A DNA stretch of 63,992 nt, counting the filler, from Acidimicrobiia bacterium (GTDB lineage: Bacteria > Actinomycetota > Acidimicrobiia > Spongiisociales > JAENVV01): assembly GCA_041577335.1 (NCBI GenBank). It is 8 parts of 8 records of this genome, joined end to end, with 100 filler letters (N's around TTAATTAATTAA, not from the genome) between each part and the next. Parts side by side here need not be neighbours in the genome. Positions count along the whole stretch, not along the records: positions 10,066 to 19,415 come from JBFGJH010000089.1; positions 19,516 to 28,660 come from JBFGJH010000090.1; 6 more parts are not named here. One strand, given 5' to 3'. The number at the start of each line of letters is the position of its first letter. The first letter of the stretch is position 1. This document shows, piece after piece, positions 18,115-27,476 of the stretch. The notes beneath the pieces are model-generated. The model did no database searches. It was not told the origin of the DNA and saw only the letters and a program-made list of their open reading frames with translations. Both the position numbers and the translations under genes were made by a program.

Positions 18115-18747
18115 TCATCCACCGCCGAGGTAGTGGTGCCAGAGAATCCGGGCCGCCACCGAACGCCACGGAGACCACGCCTCCGCCTTTTCGACCATCT
18201 CCGGGGTGGATGGGCGATGCGGGAGGCCGGCCAGATCCTGGTAGGCGGCGTGCAAGGCCACGTCGCCCGCCGGCCACACATCGGGACGGCGTAGCGCCAT
18301 CAGCAGATAGGTGCTGGCGGTCCAGGTCCCGATTCCGGTCAGCGCGGTCAGGGCGCGAAGGGCCTCGGCGTCTCCGAGTCCCGCAACGGCCTCGAGATCG
18401 AGCGACCCGTCGATGATGGCCTCGGCCAGAATCCGGCCATATCGAGCCTTCTGCCTGCTGAACCCGATGCCGCGCAGCGTCGCATCGTCGAGACCGAGCA
18501 GGGACGCCGGCGTAACGGGCGACACGGTCTGTTCCAGCTTCTCGAATGCAGCGCGCGCGGATGCGAGCGAAACCTGCTGCTCGAGGATCAGCAACAGCAG
18601 AGTCGGGAAACCCGGCTCCCTCGGCCACAGCGGAGGCGGTCCAATCCGTTCCACGACGCCACCCAGGATCGGATCTCGATGAGCGAGGTCGAACACGCCT
18701 CGCGCAAGCGACGCCTCATCGAGGATCAAACGCCTGCCCACCCTCAT
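18115..18747 (-). CDS. alkA: DNA-3-methyladenine glycosylase II family (HhH-GPD)
   Basis: ILEQQVS, GFSRQK, LTGIGTWTA, PDVWPAGD and WSPWRSVAA. Confidence 0.85.
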   Translation of the reverse strand: MRVGRRLILDEASLARGVFDLAHRDPILGGVVERIGPPPLWPREPGFPTLLLLILEQQVSLASARAAFEKLEQTVSPVTPASLLGLDDATLRGIGFSRQKARYGRILAEAIIDGSLDLEAVAGLGDAEALRALTALTGIGTWTASTYLLMALRRPDVWPAGDVALHAAYQDLAGLPHRPSTPEMVEKAEAWSPWRSVAARILWHHYLGGG

Positions 18748-18990
18748 CGGTCACCAACCGACCCTCTGCTCCGATGGCGGGGCGGCGGTTCGATGCCCGC
18801 CTCATGGCGAACTCGATGATCCGCGCGCCGAGAGCGGCTTCGACGGGCCGGCGAACGCTTTCGATCACGGGCGCGAACCTACCTGCCGGCATGGCCCCCG
18901 CGGTTCGATTCCGGCATCTGAGAACAACGGCCCTTGCACGAGACAGGCCCATACGGGTATGTGGAAAGCCGGCTCGCACCGGAGGAGATC

Positions 18991-19415
18991 ATGGCCACCA
19001 AGCCGAAACAGGCAGTCCCCAAGCTGGACCTCAGAAAGCAGCACAAGGACCTCTACTCACCCTCGGCCAAGACCGTCTCGGTGATCGAGGTACCAGAATT
19101 GTTGTTCACCGTCGTCGATGGGGTGATCGAACCCGGCACCGGTCCTTCCGACTCCGAGTCGTTCCGGCAGTTGATGGAAGCCATGTACGGCGTGGGATAC
19201 GGGCTCAAGTTCATGTCCAAACTGCGCGAGGACGACCCTCTCGACTTCACCGTGATGGCCATCGAGGGGCTCTGGTCCCTTCCGGCCGGGGAGTTCTCGG
19301 TACGGGCCGAGGAGGCGTGGCCGTACACGCTGATTATGCTCCAACCCGGCCACATCACGGACGAGATGTTCCGGGCGGCCGTCTCTCAGGCAGCCGAGAA
19401 ACGCCCCAACCCCGC
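18991..19415 (+). CDS. GyrI-like small-molecule-binding protein (truncated by contig end)
   Basis: KLDLRKQHKDLY, FTVVDG, LKFMSK, IEGLW and LQP; RBS GGAGGAG. Confidence 0.78.
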
Positions 19416-19515
19416 NNNNNNNNNNNNNNNNNNNNNNNNNNNNNNNNNNNNNNNNNNNNTTAATTAATTAANNNNNNNNNNNNNNNNNNNNNNNNNNNNN
19501 NNNNNNNNNNNNNNN
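19416..19515. other. Artificial contig linker
   Basis: N44-TTAATTAATTAA-N44. Confidence 0.99.
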
Positions 19516-19905
19516 CTCGGCGAGCTCTTCGGCTTCCATGGCGCGGGATTCGGTCTCCAGGATGAGTTGGTCGAATCGGTCTCGATCACCTTCGGAGATG
19601 TAGGCCGTCTCAACCCTGCGAAGAATGCCTCGGGCGAGCGTCAGGTCGTAGACATCGAGGGCGTTCCGCACTTCGTCGAGGCGTTCCGAGGTCCGCTCGA
19701 ACTGGCCCTCTCGCCACTTGAACGCGCCCTCCAACTGGATCCGGGCAGTTGCGGTGGCCTTGGGAGGCAGCAGGTCGAGCGCCGGCTCGGTGGTCGGCTC
19801 GAGCGCGATACGGAGGAGGGCAGCAAAGTCGTGCGCGCGGGCATAGCGGAGGATCAACTCCACGAGCGCTCTCGCCTCAGGCTCGGTCAATGGTCGGTCG
19901 GTCAT
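19516..19905 (-). CDS. Hypothetical helical protein (3' end truncated)
   Basis: Open frame MTDRPLTEPEARAL... running to the contig edge. Confidence 0.6.
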
Positions 19906-20010
19906 TCCCAAATCGTAAATGGGTCAGCGACTTAGCGTCCCTTTCCCCGAGAGCAAGGGGCCCGAGCCGAAGCTCGAGCCCCCCGTGGAGCCCCCCTGGT
20001 CGGTGACTTG

Positions 20011-20499
20011 TCAGAGCCCGCGACTTTCCCTGGTATCGATTCTCCATTCCATTGCGATTTGCCCTCCGTCGGCAATCACCGATACGAGAGTGGCGTTGGG
20101 GTTGTCTCGAGCTGCCTTGGTGAGCTCGGCGGCAATGGCGTCTTCCCATCGTTGGACGACGTCGGCAGGAATCGTCCATCCGTTGTAGACGGCATCGGAG
20201 ATGTCGACCGTGAGAACGTCGCCGGAGAGGCCGAGATCGACCCGGAAGCTAGCGATGAACTCATCTCCGTTCCTTTCAGTGCCTGCGGCATCCACCAGCA
20301 TGAATCCGTCCTGGATCTCGACGGTGACGCGGTCGTTTCTCGGGTCGCGCTCGAACTCGGCCGCCAGCGAATCGGCAGTCATCAGCGAGCTGATCTGGAG
20401 CGAACCGTCGCTGTTGCGCTCCACATCGATCGTGCAAGCGCTGGCGGCCACGGCCAGTGCTGTGAGTGCGGTAACGAGGAGCATCTTCTTGGTACCCAT
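20011..20499 (-). CDS. Hypothetical lipoprotein
   Basis: RBS GGAGGTGA; signal peptide MGTKKMLL...AASAC with lipobox. Confidence 0.8.
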   Translation of the reverse strand: MGTKKMLLVTALTALAVAASACTIDVERNSDGSLQISSLMTADSLAAEFERDPRNDRVTVEIQDGFMLVDAAGTERNGDEFIASFRVDLGLSGDVLTVDISDAVYNGWTIPADVVQRWEDAIAAELTKAARDNPNATLVSVIADGGQIAMEWRIDTRESRGL

Positions 20500-20608
20500 G
20501 GGTTCACCTCCGTGAACGTCGTGTCTTGTTTGCTCCATTGGATCAAGCTGGCAGAAAGCTCGGTAGTAACGACGATCACGCCGGCTCGCTGATTCCGCAC
20601 TGTCCGAC

Positions 20609-20644
20609 GTGACAGATGTCACATCTCGACGTGTCTCCAGACAC
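20609..20644. promoter_or_regulatory. Two 14-bp palindromes (GTGACAGATGTCAC; GTGTCTCCAGACAC) 22 bp apart, putative NarL-type regulator sites
   Basis: Located at 20609-20622 and 20631-20644, between the divergent lipoprotein and two-component genes. Confidence 0.6.
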
Positions 20645-20696
20645 GAAGCGGCTGAAACCCCACGACGAGCGAGAAAGGAGCCGCATAATGTGGCGA

Positions 20697-21911
20697 ATGG
20701 AACGTGTTGACATCGAGCCCGGATTGCTGCGCCTCTTCCGCTGGTTCGTGGCGCTACGCCTCGCCTGGCTGGTTCTCCTCAACCTGTCTGGCCAAAACCG
20801 ATCCGATGACCAGCTCCTGTTTGTGCCCCAACCCGGGATCGTCATCTTCGGACTGCTGCTGGTTTACCTCTTCGCCACCCCGCTCCAAGACCGCATGGGA
20901 AAGTGGTATCTCCCGGTAGCACTGTGGGTGACCACCATCGGCCTTCTCGCAGAGAACGGCATCACGGTGGCTCGTCGCCTCGACGCGGGTGCCACGCCCA
21001 ACGAGGCAGTCTCCGACTACTGGCTGCTCTTCTTCATGCTGTTCGTGCCTCTGATCCTGGTGGCGTGGCAATACCGATATCGCTGGGTCGTGTTTTTCGC
21101 CGTGGGGACGTTCTTCCTCGACACCGTGCTGACCATGGGCCCGCTCAACCGAACCGACGCCGACCTCCGTCTGGTGGGCGCTCTCCTTCTCGGCAGGGCA
21201 GGTCTGTTCCTCTTCGTTGGGCTCGTGATCGTGAAGCTGGTCGGTGCGCAACGACTGCAGAGAAAGGCACTCGCCGACTACGCCACGACCCGCGAGCAGC
21301 TGGCGACGAGCGAGGAACGGAGCCGACTGGCTCGCGAGCTCCACGACACACTCGCTCACACACTCAGCGCCGTCGCGGTGCAGCTCGAAGGCGCCAAGAG
21401 CCTTTGGGATACCGATCCAGATCGTGCCAAGGCAATGCTGGATCGGTCGCTCGACTCGACACGCACCGGCCTCACCGAGGCTCGCCGATCTATTCGAGCG
21501 CTTCGAGCTTCGCCCCTGGCTGAGCAAGGGCTGGTGGACGCCCTCGATGCTCTCTGTACCTCGGTCTCGGAATCATCGGCGCTTGCGGCCGTCCTCGACG
21601 CCGAGCCGGTGACACTCGAGCCGCCGGTGGAGCACGCGGCCTACCGCATCGCCAGCGAAGCCCTCACCAACGCAGCCCGCCATTCCGGCGCCAAACACGC
21701 AGTCGTCCGACTCCGACAAGGCAATGGCACCTTCGTGATGGCCGTCCAGGACGACGGCAGCGGGTTCGACCCCGAAACGGCGACAGGCGGCGACCGCCAT
21801 GGAATCCGCGGGATGCAGGAAAGAGCGACCCTTGTAGGCGGCTCCCTCCTCATCAAGCCGCGCGGAGGCGGAGGCACCCTGGTCGAATTGCGGGTCGGAG
21901 GAAGCTCATGA
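20697..21911 (+). CDS. Membrane sensor histidine kinase (HisKA_3)
   Basis: About 6 TM helices, ERSRLARELHDTLAH, EALTNAARH, DDGSGF and GIRGMQER. CATAAT 7 nt upstream of ATG 20697 suggests a leaderless start. Confidence 0.92.
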   Translation: MERVDIEPGLLRLFRWFVALRLAWLVLLNLSGQNRSDDQLLFVPQPGIVIFGLLLVYLFATPLQDRMGKWYLPVALWVTTIGLLAENGITVARRLDAGATPNEAVSDYWLLFFMLFVPLILVAWQYRYRWVVFFAVGTFFLDTVLTMGPLNRTDADLRLVGALLLGRAGLFLFVGLVIVKLVGAQRLQRKALADYATTREQLATSEERSRLARELHDTLAHTLSAVAVQLEGAKSLWDTDPDRAKAMLDRSLDSTRTGLTEARRSIRALRASPLAEQGLVDALDALCTSVSESSALAAVLDAEPVTLEPPVEHAAYRIASEALTNAARHSGAKHAVVRLRQGNGTFVMAVQDDGSGFDPETATGGDRHGIRGMQERATLVGGSLLIKPRGGGGTLVELRVGGSS

Positions 21912-22561
21912 CGATCCGAATAGTGATCTGTGACGACCAGGATCTGGTGAGGGAAGGACTGCAAGCGATCCTGTCCACCGCTCCCGGCATCGAAGTGGTC
22001 GGCGAGGCCTCCAACGCCGAGGACGCGATTCGATTGGTCGAGTCGGCCCGGCCCGATGTGGTCCTGATGGACCTCAAGATGCCGGGACAGACCGGCATCA
22101 CCGCCACTCGCGTGATCACAGATCGGTTCGACGACGTGAAGGTGCTCGTGTTGACGACGTACGACGCGCCCGAGTGGGTTGACGACGCCATCAGAGCCGG
22201 GGCCGCCGGGTATCTTTTGAAGGACACCCCCCGGGATCGCTTGATCGATGCGATCCGCGGCACTTCCGATGGCCAAACCCACGTCGATCCATCGGTGGCG
22301 CGCCAGCTCTTCGATCAAGTGTCGTCTGGCCCGAAGACAACGGTCGACACCACCGTCGCCGCCGACCTGACCGGGCGGGAGCTCGAAGTTCTCAAGCTGC
22401 TCGGACGCGGCCTCACCAATACGGAAATCGCCGCCCAGCTCTATTTGTCCGAAGGAACGATCCGGAACTATGTGAGCGCGGTGCTCGCCAAGCTCGGAGT
22501 ATCGGACCGAACGCAGGCGGCCGTATTGGCCGTTCGACACGGTCTCGCTACCGACGACTAG
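21908..22561 (+). CDS. NarL/LuxR-family response regulator
   Basis: CDDQ, VVLMDLKMP, GYLLKD and LTGRELEVL...LYLSEGTIRNYV. Confidence 0.95.
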   Translation: MTIRIVICDDQDLVREGLQAILSTAPGIEVVGEASNAEDAIRLVESARPDVVLMDLKMPGQTGITATRVITDRFDDVKVLVLTTYDAPEWVDDAIRAGAAGYLLKDTPRDRLIDAIRGTSDGQTHVDPSVARQLFDQVSSGPKTTVDTTVAADLTGRELEVLKLLGRGLTNTEIAAQLYLSEGTIRNYVSAVLAKLGVSDRTQAAVLAVRHGLATDD

Positions 22562-22663
22562 CCCGCTTCTGCGAGTTTCCATCGCAACAAACCCAGAGCA
22601 TCCCTCCCGTTCTGCGCCACGAGGCGCTACCGTTGAACGCAGAGAGTGAAGGGTGGGAGCGCG

Positions 22664-24499
22664 ATGACGGTTGTTGCACATAGAGAAAGCCAACGACGAC
22701 GCCGGCTTTGGAAGGTCGTGGCGGTGCTGGCCGTACCTGCTACCTGGATGTGGTGGCGGATCCTGGAAGGCCTGCCCATGTTCCCGCAGATCTCATTGCC
22801 GGCCGAGGCAATGTTCTGGCTCCCCGGAATTGCCATCGTCCTGCTCCTTGGCGTAGTCCTCGTTGCGCCGATGATGACCAACTCGCGCTCTCCTCACACG
22901 ATCTTCCGGCCCGACCAGATCGATATCTCCTTCGATCAAGTGCGGGGCATGGATCGGGTCGTCACCGAGGTGAAGCACACCCTCTCAGTGCTCTTGGACC
23001 ACGACCAGTTTCGCAACGAAATGGGAGGCACACCTCGGCGGGGCATTCTGTTCGAAGGTCCACCGGGGACCGGCAAAACACATATCGCCAAGGCAATGGC
23101 CAAAGAGGCCGACGTACCATTCCTGTTCGTGTCGTCGACCGCCTTCCAGAGCATGTGGTACGGCATGACGGCTCGCAAGATCCGGGCCTTTTTCAAGGCA
23201 CTCCGCAAGGCCGCCCGCGAAGAAGGCGGGGCGATCGGCTTCATCGAAGAAATTGACGCCATCGGCATGAAGCGCTCGTCGACCTCATCGTCGTTCGACA
23301 GCAACTTCAGCCCCTCGGTCAGTCAAGGCACCGGTGGCGTGGTCAACGAGCTACTCATCCAGCTGCAAAGCTTCGACGAGCCAACCGGCCTGCTCCGCAT
23401 GAAGCTCGGAGCGTTGAACAAGCTCAACCGGCTCCTCCCTCCCCATCGACAGCTCGCTGCCAAGGCCCCCACCTACAACAACGTGCTGGTAGTAGCCGCA
23501 ACCAACCGGGCCTCGGAGCTCGATCGTGCCCTGGTTCGCCCCGGTCGATTCGACCGTACGTTGCATTTTGGGATCCCAGGTCGAGCGGCGCGCCGTGAGC
23601 TGATCGACTTCTTCCTCGATCACAAGACTCATGAGCCGGAGCTGAACTCTGACAGCGTTCGCGATGACATCGCCTCGGCTACGTTGGGATATACACCTGC
23701 TGCGCTCGAACGACTCTTCGACGAAGCGCTGCTCATTGCCTTACGCCACAAGCGGGACAGATTGTCGCTCGAAGACCTGTGGCAAGCCCGGACGGACACC
23801 GAGCTCGGCCTGCCCGAGCCCGTCGACAGCCCCGAGCACGAGCGGGATACGATCGCCATCCACGAAGCAGGCCACGCCACGGTCGCGTATCTGGTCGGCA
23901 AGGGACGGCGGCTCGAGATGCTGTCGATCATCAAGCGGCGCCAAGCCCTCGGATTCCTGGCCCACAGGATGCAGGAGGAGCGGCACACTCAGAAGCGTTC
24001 CGAACTCTCCGCCATGATCGACATCTCGCTCGGGGGGATGGTCGCAGAGGAGCTCTTCTTCGGAGAATCCGGCACCGGGCCGGCCGGTGACCTCACCGCC
24101 GCCACCAACGCTGCGGTCGAAATGGTGGGCTCGCTGGGAATGGGCGACTCACTGGTGTCGTTCCGAGCGCTCGATCCTGGCGTGTTCGGCGGGAACCTGA
24201 CCGCCCGAGTGCTGGGCGACCGCCAGGCGCGTGAAAACGTCGACCGCATCCTTGCCGGCAGCAAGGAGAAGGTGACGGAGCTCCTCACCCAGCACGCCTA
24301 CATCGTGCGTGCTCTCGCCGACGCGCTCATGGAGAAGGGTGAGCTGATCGGCCAGGAGATCCTGGACATCATCGAAAGAGCTCAGGTCGAGCAAGGCGGC
24401 GCGACCACCGTCGACATCCGCGGCGGCGATCCGATCATCACGGCGACTGCCGGATCCGGCATGGTGGCGCACAATGCTGAGGGCGCCGAAGCCGGGTGA
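22664..24499 (+). CDS. FtsH-like membrane AAA+ ATPase / M41 metalloprotease (paralogue)
   Basis: Two N-terminal TM helices, GPPGTGKT, variant Walker B FIEEID, ATNR...RPGRFDR and HEAGH. Confidence 0.88.
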   Translation: MTVVAHRESQRRRRLWKVVAVLAVPATWMWWRILEGLPMFPQISLPAEAMFWLPGIAIVLLLGVVLVAPMMTNSRSPHTIFRPDQIDISFDQVRGMDRVVTEVKHTLSVLLDHDQFRNEMGGTPRRGILFEGPPGTGKTHIAKAMAKEADVPFLFVSSTAFQSMWYGMTARKIRAFFKALRKAAREEGGAIGFIEEIDAIGMKRSSTSSSFDSNFSPSVSQGTGGVVNELLIQLQSFDEPTGLLRMKLGALNKLNRLLPPHRQLAAKAPTYNNVLVVAATNRASELDRALVRPGRFDRTLHFGIPGRAARRELIDFFLDHKTHEPELNSDSVRDDIASATLGYTPAALERLFDEALLIALRHKRDRLSLEDLWQARTDTELGLPEPVDSPEHERDTIAIHEAGHATVAYLVGKGRRLEMLSIIKRRQALGFLAHRMQEERHTQKRSELSAMIDISLGGMVAEELFFGESGTGPAGDLTAATNAAVEMVGSLGMGDSLVSFRALDPGVFGGNLTARVLGDRQARENVDRILAGSKEKVTELLTQHAYIVRALADALMEKGELIGQEILDIIERAQVEQGGATTVDIRGGDPIITATAGSGMVAHNAEGAEAG

Positions 24500-24572
24500 G
24501 GGGTCTGAGGTTGGCGAACCCCCAAGGGTGGCTCCGATTGCGTATGGTTCATAGGCAGATGAGGCGAGTTCC

Positions 24573-25124
24573 ATGACAACAAAGCGACGAATCGCGCTGG
24601 CCATTGGGTTCACAGCGGCATTGCTTCTGCTGGTGGCCGCCCCGGCGACGGCCGGCCTCGAGGGGAACTGCAGCGGGTCGGCCACCATCGACGGCATCGA
24701 GTACGACGCTTCCTACGACACCGCAGACAACCCCATCGTCGTTCCAAAAGAGCGGGAAGGTCTTCGCATCCCCTACGAGGGGGCCGTCACCATGGCCAAC
24801 ACCAACTACCTCGGCGCGGTGGGAATCGTGATCGGCCCGGTCACCGTCAACGTGGCCGATTGGGGTCTCGAGGAGAACAGAGACGACATCAGGGCTACGG
24901 AGCCCGGCGCCATCTATGTGCTGGGCAACCAGCTCAACAACATCGTGGGTATCTACCAGCTCACCGCCTTCCATGATGCCGACGGCGGCAGTTGTGACGC
25001 CGACGCCATGGTGAAGTTGGACGGCGATCCGCTGTCCACGCCCATCGGGGCAGGCGCGACAGCCGGACTGGTGGTCACCGGCGCCGGCGTACTGTCGGCC
25101 GGCATCAAGAAGAAGTCATCATGA
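24573..25124 (+). CDS. Hypothetical exported protein with C-terminal TM anchor
   Basis: Signal peptide, two Cys, C-terminal hydrophobic helix followed by KKK. Confidence 0.75.
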   Translation: MTTKRRIALAIGFTAALLLLVAAPATAGLEGNCSGSATIDGIEYDASYDTADNPIVVPKEREGLRIPYEGAVTMANTNYLGAVGIVIGPVTVNVADWGLEENRDDIRATEPGAIYVLGNQLNNIVGIYQLTAFHDADGGSCDADAMVKLDGDPLSTPIGAGATAGLVVTGAGVLSAGIKKKSS

Positions 25125-25339
25125 GGGGCAGGCCCATACTCGGCGTGGTGTCCGGCTTCTTGTTTGGAGTGTTCCTGGCCCTCGTGCTCCAACAATTCTC
25201 TATTCGACCGCTCGACAACCTCTCGGTGATCGGGTTGCCCATCCTGGGGATCGTGCTCGGCCTGGCGATGGCCGCATGGGCTCCGTTCGGGAAGGGCGAC
25301 ACGGGGGTCTACCTGGAGAAGAAAGACGACGGCTCCTAG
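25121..25339 (+). CDS. Small 2-TM membrane protein
   Basis: ATGA overlap with the upstream gene; two hydrophobic helices. Confidence 0.7.
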   Translation: MRGRPILGVVSGFLFGVFLALVLQQFSIRPLDNLSVIGLPILGIVLGLAMAAWAPFGKGDTGVYLEKKDDGS

Positions 25340-25372
25340 CCCGCGGTCGCCAGCCGGCGGTAGGGTGCGCCC

Positions 25373-26383
25373 ATGCGTGCATGGCTGCTTCACGACACCA
25401 AGGGACCCGGATCGTTTTCGCTAGAGGACATCGATACCCCCGAGCCTGGTCCGGGTGAGGTGCGGGTCCGGTTGAAGGCATCGGCCCTCAACCACCTCGA
25501 TCTCTGGGTGTCGATGGGGTTGCCGGCTCCGCATCACTTTCCCCACATCGCCGGGGGTGACGGCGCTGGTGTGATCGACGCCGTCGGACCAGACGTCGCC
25601 ACTTGGTCCGTGGGCGACGAGGTTGTCATCAATCCATCGATGGCGTGCGGCCAATGCGCTCAATGCCAACGTGGCGAAAGTCCATTCTGCGAGAGCTACG
25701 GCGTGCTCGGAGAGCATATGAATGGCACGCTGACCGAGCAGATCACCATCCCCTCCCGCAACGTCGTCTCCAAGCCCGCCAACTTGTCGTGGGAGGAGGC
25801 CGCCGCCTACGGACTTGCCTCGGGGACCGCCTACCGAATGATGGAACGGGCCCGCTTACAGGAGGGCGACAACCTTCTCATCATCGGAGTGGGTGGCGGC
25901 GTGGGCGTCATGGGTCTGTTGTTGGGACGAGCGCTGGGTGCCAATGTGTTCGTGACGTCGAGAGATCCCGAAAAACTGGAACGTGCCATGTCGCTCGGAG
26001 CGAGCGCGGGCTTCGATTCGGGTTCCGAGTTCTCCAAGGATATGAAGGCAGCAGGCGGCGCCGACGTGATCCTGGAGAGTGTTGGCCCTGCCACGTGGAA
26101 CCAGTCGTTCCGATCGATCAAGCCCGGCGGCCGGATCGCCGTGTGCGGTTCGACGAGCGGGCCGAAAGTCGAGGTCTCGATGCCAGTGCTCTTCTTCAAG
26201 CAGATAGAGATCATCGGCTCGACCATGTTCACCTACGCCCAGTTCGACACGGTCACCAAGATGATGGCGTCCGGCAACATCCATCCCGTGGTGGATTCGG
26301 TCACGCCCTTCGAGGACCTGCCCACGGCGCTGGAGAAGATGGAGAGCGGCAACCAGTTCGGCAAGCTGGTGATCGGGCGATAG
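25373..26383 (+). CDS. Zinc-binding MDR dehydrogenase
   Basis: LNHLD, CGQCAQC...C structural Zn site, GVGGGVG and FGKLV. Confidence 0.92.
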   Translation: MRAWLLHDTKGPGSFSLEDIDTPEPGPGEVRVRLKASALNHLDLWVSMGLPAPHHFPHIAGGDGAGVIDAVGPDVATWSVGDEVVINPSMACGQCAQCQRGESPFCESYGVLGEHMNGTLTEQITIPSRNVVSKPANLSWEEAAAYGLASGTAYRMMERARLQEGDNLLIIGVGGGVGVMGLLLGRALGANVFVTSRDPEKLERAMSLGASAGFDSGSEFSKDMKAAGGADVILESVGPATWNQSFRSIKPGGRIAVCGSTSGPKVEVSMPVLFFKQIEIIGSTMFTYAQFDTVTKMMASGNIHPVVDSVTPFEDLPTALEKMESGNQFGKLVIGR

Positions 26384-26439
26384 GCCTTCGTTGCGGTCCG
26401 GAGTCCGCAGCGCGAGGACTCGTGCTTCGCAGCGAATCG

Positions 26440-26955
26440 CTACTCCGGCTCCAGCACGAAGACGGCGATCTCCCGATGGCTCGCTCGGACGGGGTACGTG
26501 GCGTAGCCGTCGTACAACTCGCGGGCGGTTGCCCAGATCTCTTCGGCCTCAGAGTCCTCGGCTCTCCGTGCCATGACGTCGACGGTCCGGTTGCGATAGG
26601 TGACCGACGCTCGCGGATTTGATATCAGGTTGAAGACCCACGCTGGGGTTTTCTGCAGTCCAAAGCCCGTGCCGAGGATGGCCAAGTTGCCCTCGGTGGG
26701 GATCCCGAGCAACTGGGCGGTCCGAGGCTGGCCGCTCTTGGCGCCAGTCGTCGTGACATCGATCACCGGCAATCCGGCGACGACCTCGGACACCGTGGTT
26801 CTCCCCTTGGTCAGCGATAGCGCCAGCCGATCCAGAAGATGAATACTCTTGGACATCAGCCAGGCCCCCGGCCTACTCGACGCCACCTTGTGCAGCGAGC
26901 TTCGGACTGCGTTCTGCTGGGGATATCGATAGTCCAATTGCTCTGCCAGGCCCAT
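26440..26955 (-). CDS. F420H2-dependent (deazaflavin) nitroreductase family protein
   Basis: TTTGAKSGQPRT, PAWVFNLISNP and YATY...REIAVFVLEP. Confidence 0.88.
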   Translation of the reverse strand: MGLAEQLDYRYPQQNAVRSSLHKVASSRPGAWLMSKSIHLLDRLALSLTKGRTTVSEVVAGLPVIDVTTTGAKSGQPRTAQLLGIPTEGNLAILGTGFGLQKTPAWVFNLISNPRASVTYRNRTVDVMARRAEDSEAEEIWATARELYDGYATYPVRASHREIAVFVLEPE

Positions 26956-26974
26956 CCGAACAGCCTACGTCGAG

Positions 26975-27470
26975 GAATCGCCGGATGTCGCAGCGTCGGC
27001 AAACGACGTCATGAACCAAACCGCCACTGCGGATCAATTGAGCCCAAAGGCGATGCGGTGGCCCCGAGACCGTCCCTCGCGAGACGGCGGTGAATCCACA
27101 CGGACGGCAGGTCCATGCGCTGTGCCGGTTCGTGGTCGTGATGTAGGCTCTCGGCAACGTGGAGAAGATCGCTGCGAGATACGCCGAGGTCGTCGAGTCG
27201 GTCGAACAAGTGGCGCCGTGGCCTCGTTTGGCTTGTACGAGCCGACATCCTCGACGGTGATGATGAAGTCGGACTCAACGCCCGTGCCGGACGTTGCTCG
27301 AGGCGAACGAGGCGCGGTCGATGTTCGAGAGGATGATCAGTTTGACCGCTGCTTCAGCCGCCTCGACGCCTCGGCACAATCCGCAATAGCGAACCAGTCC
27401 GCTAGGGAGGCATCGCAGGCGGCGGCTACCTCATCCGTTACCTCGACGTTGTGTTCGGCGCCAACGGCTC
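26975..27470 (-). pseudogene. Frameshifted remnant of a HAD-IA (haloacid dehalogenase type II-like) hydrolase
   Basis: Successive frames give ...SLADWFAIADCAEASRRLKQR / KLIILSNIDRASFASSN / GVESDFIITVEDVGSYKP / LLHVAESLHHDHEPAQRMDLPSVWIHRR; the N-terminal DxD motif is absent. Confidence 0.82.
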
Positions 27471-27476
27471 CGGCCG

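Noticed and set aside
18851..18866. CGAACGCTTTCGA as a second LexA box upstream of alkA
   Set aside because: Spacing and right half-site do not fit GAAC-N4-GTTC.
18780..18916. Two GGTTCGA T-loop-like motifs suggesting a tRNA or tRNA remnant
   Set aside because: The T-stems do not pair properly, and no acceptor, D or anticodon arms can be built.
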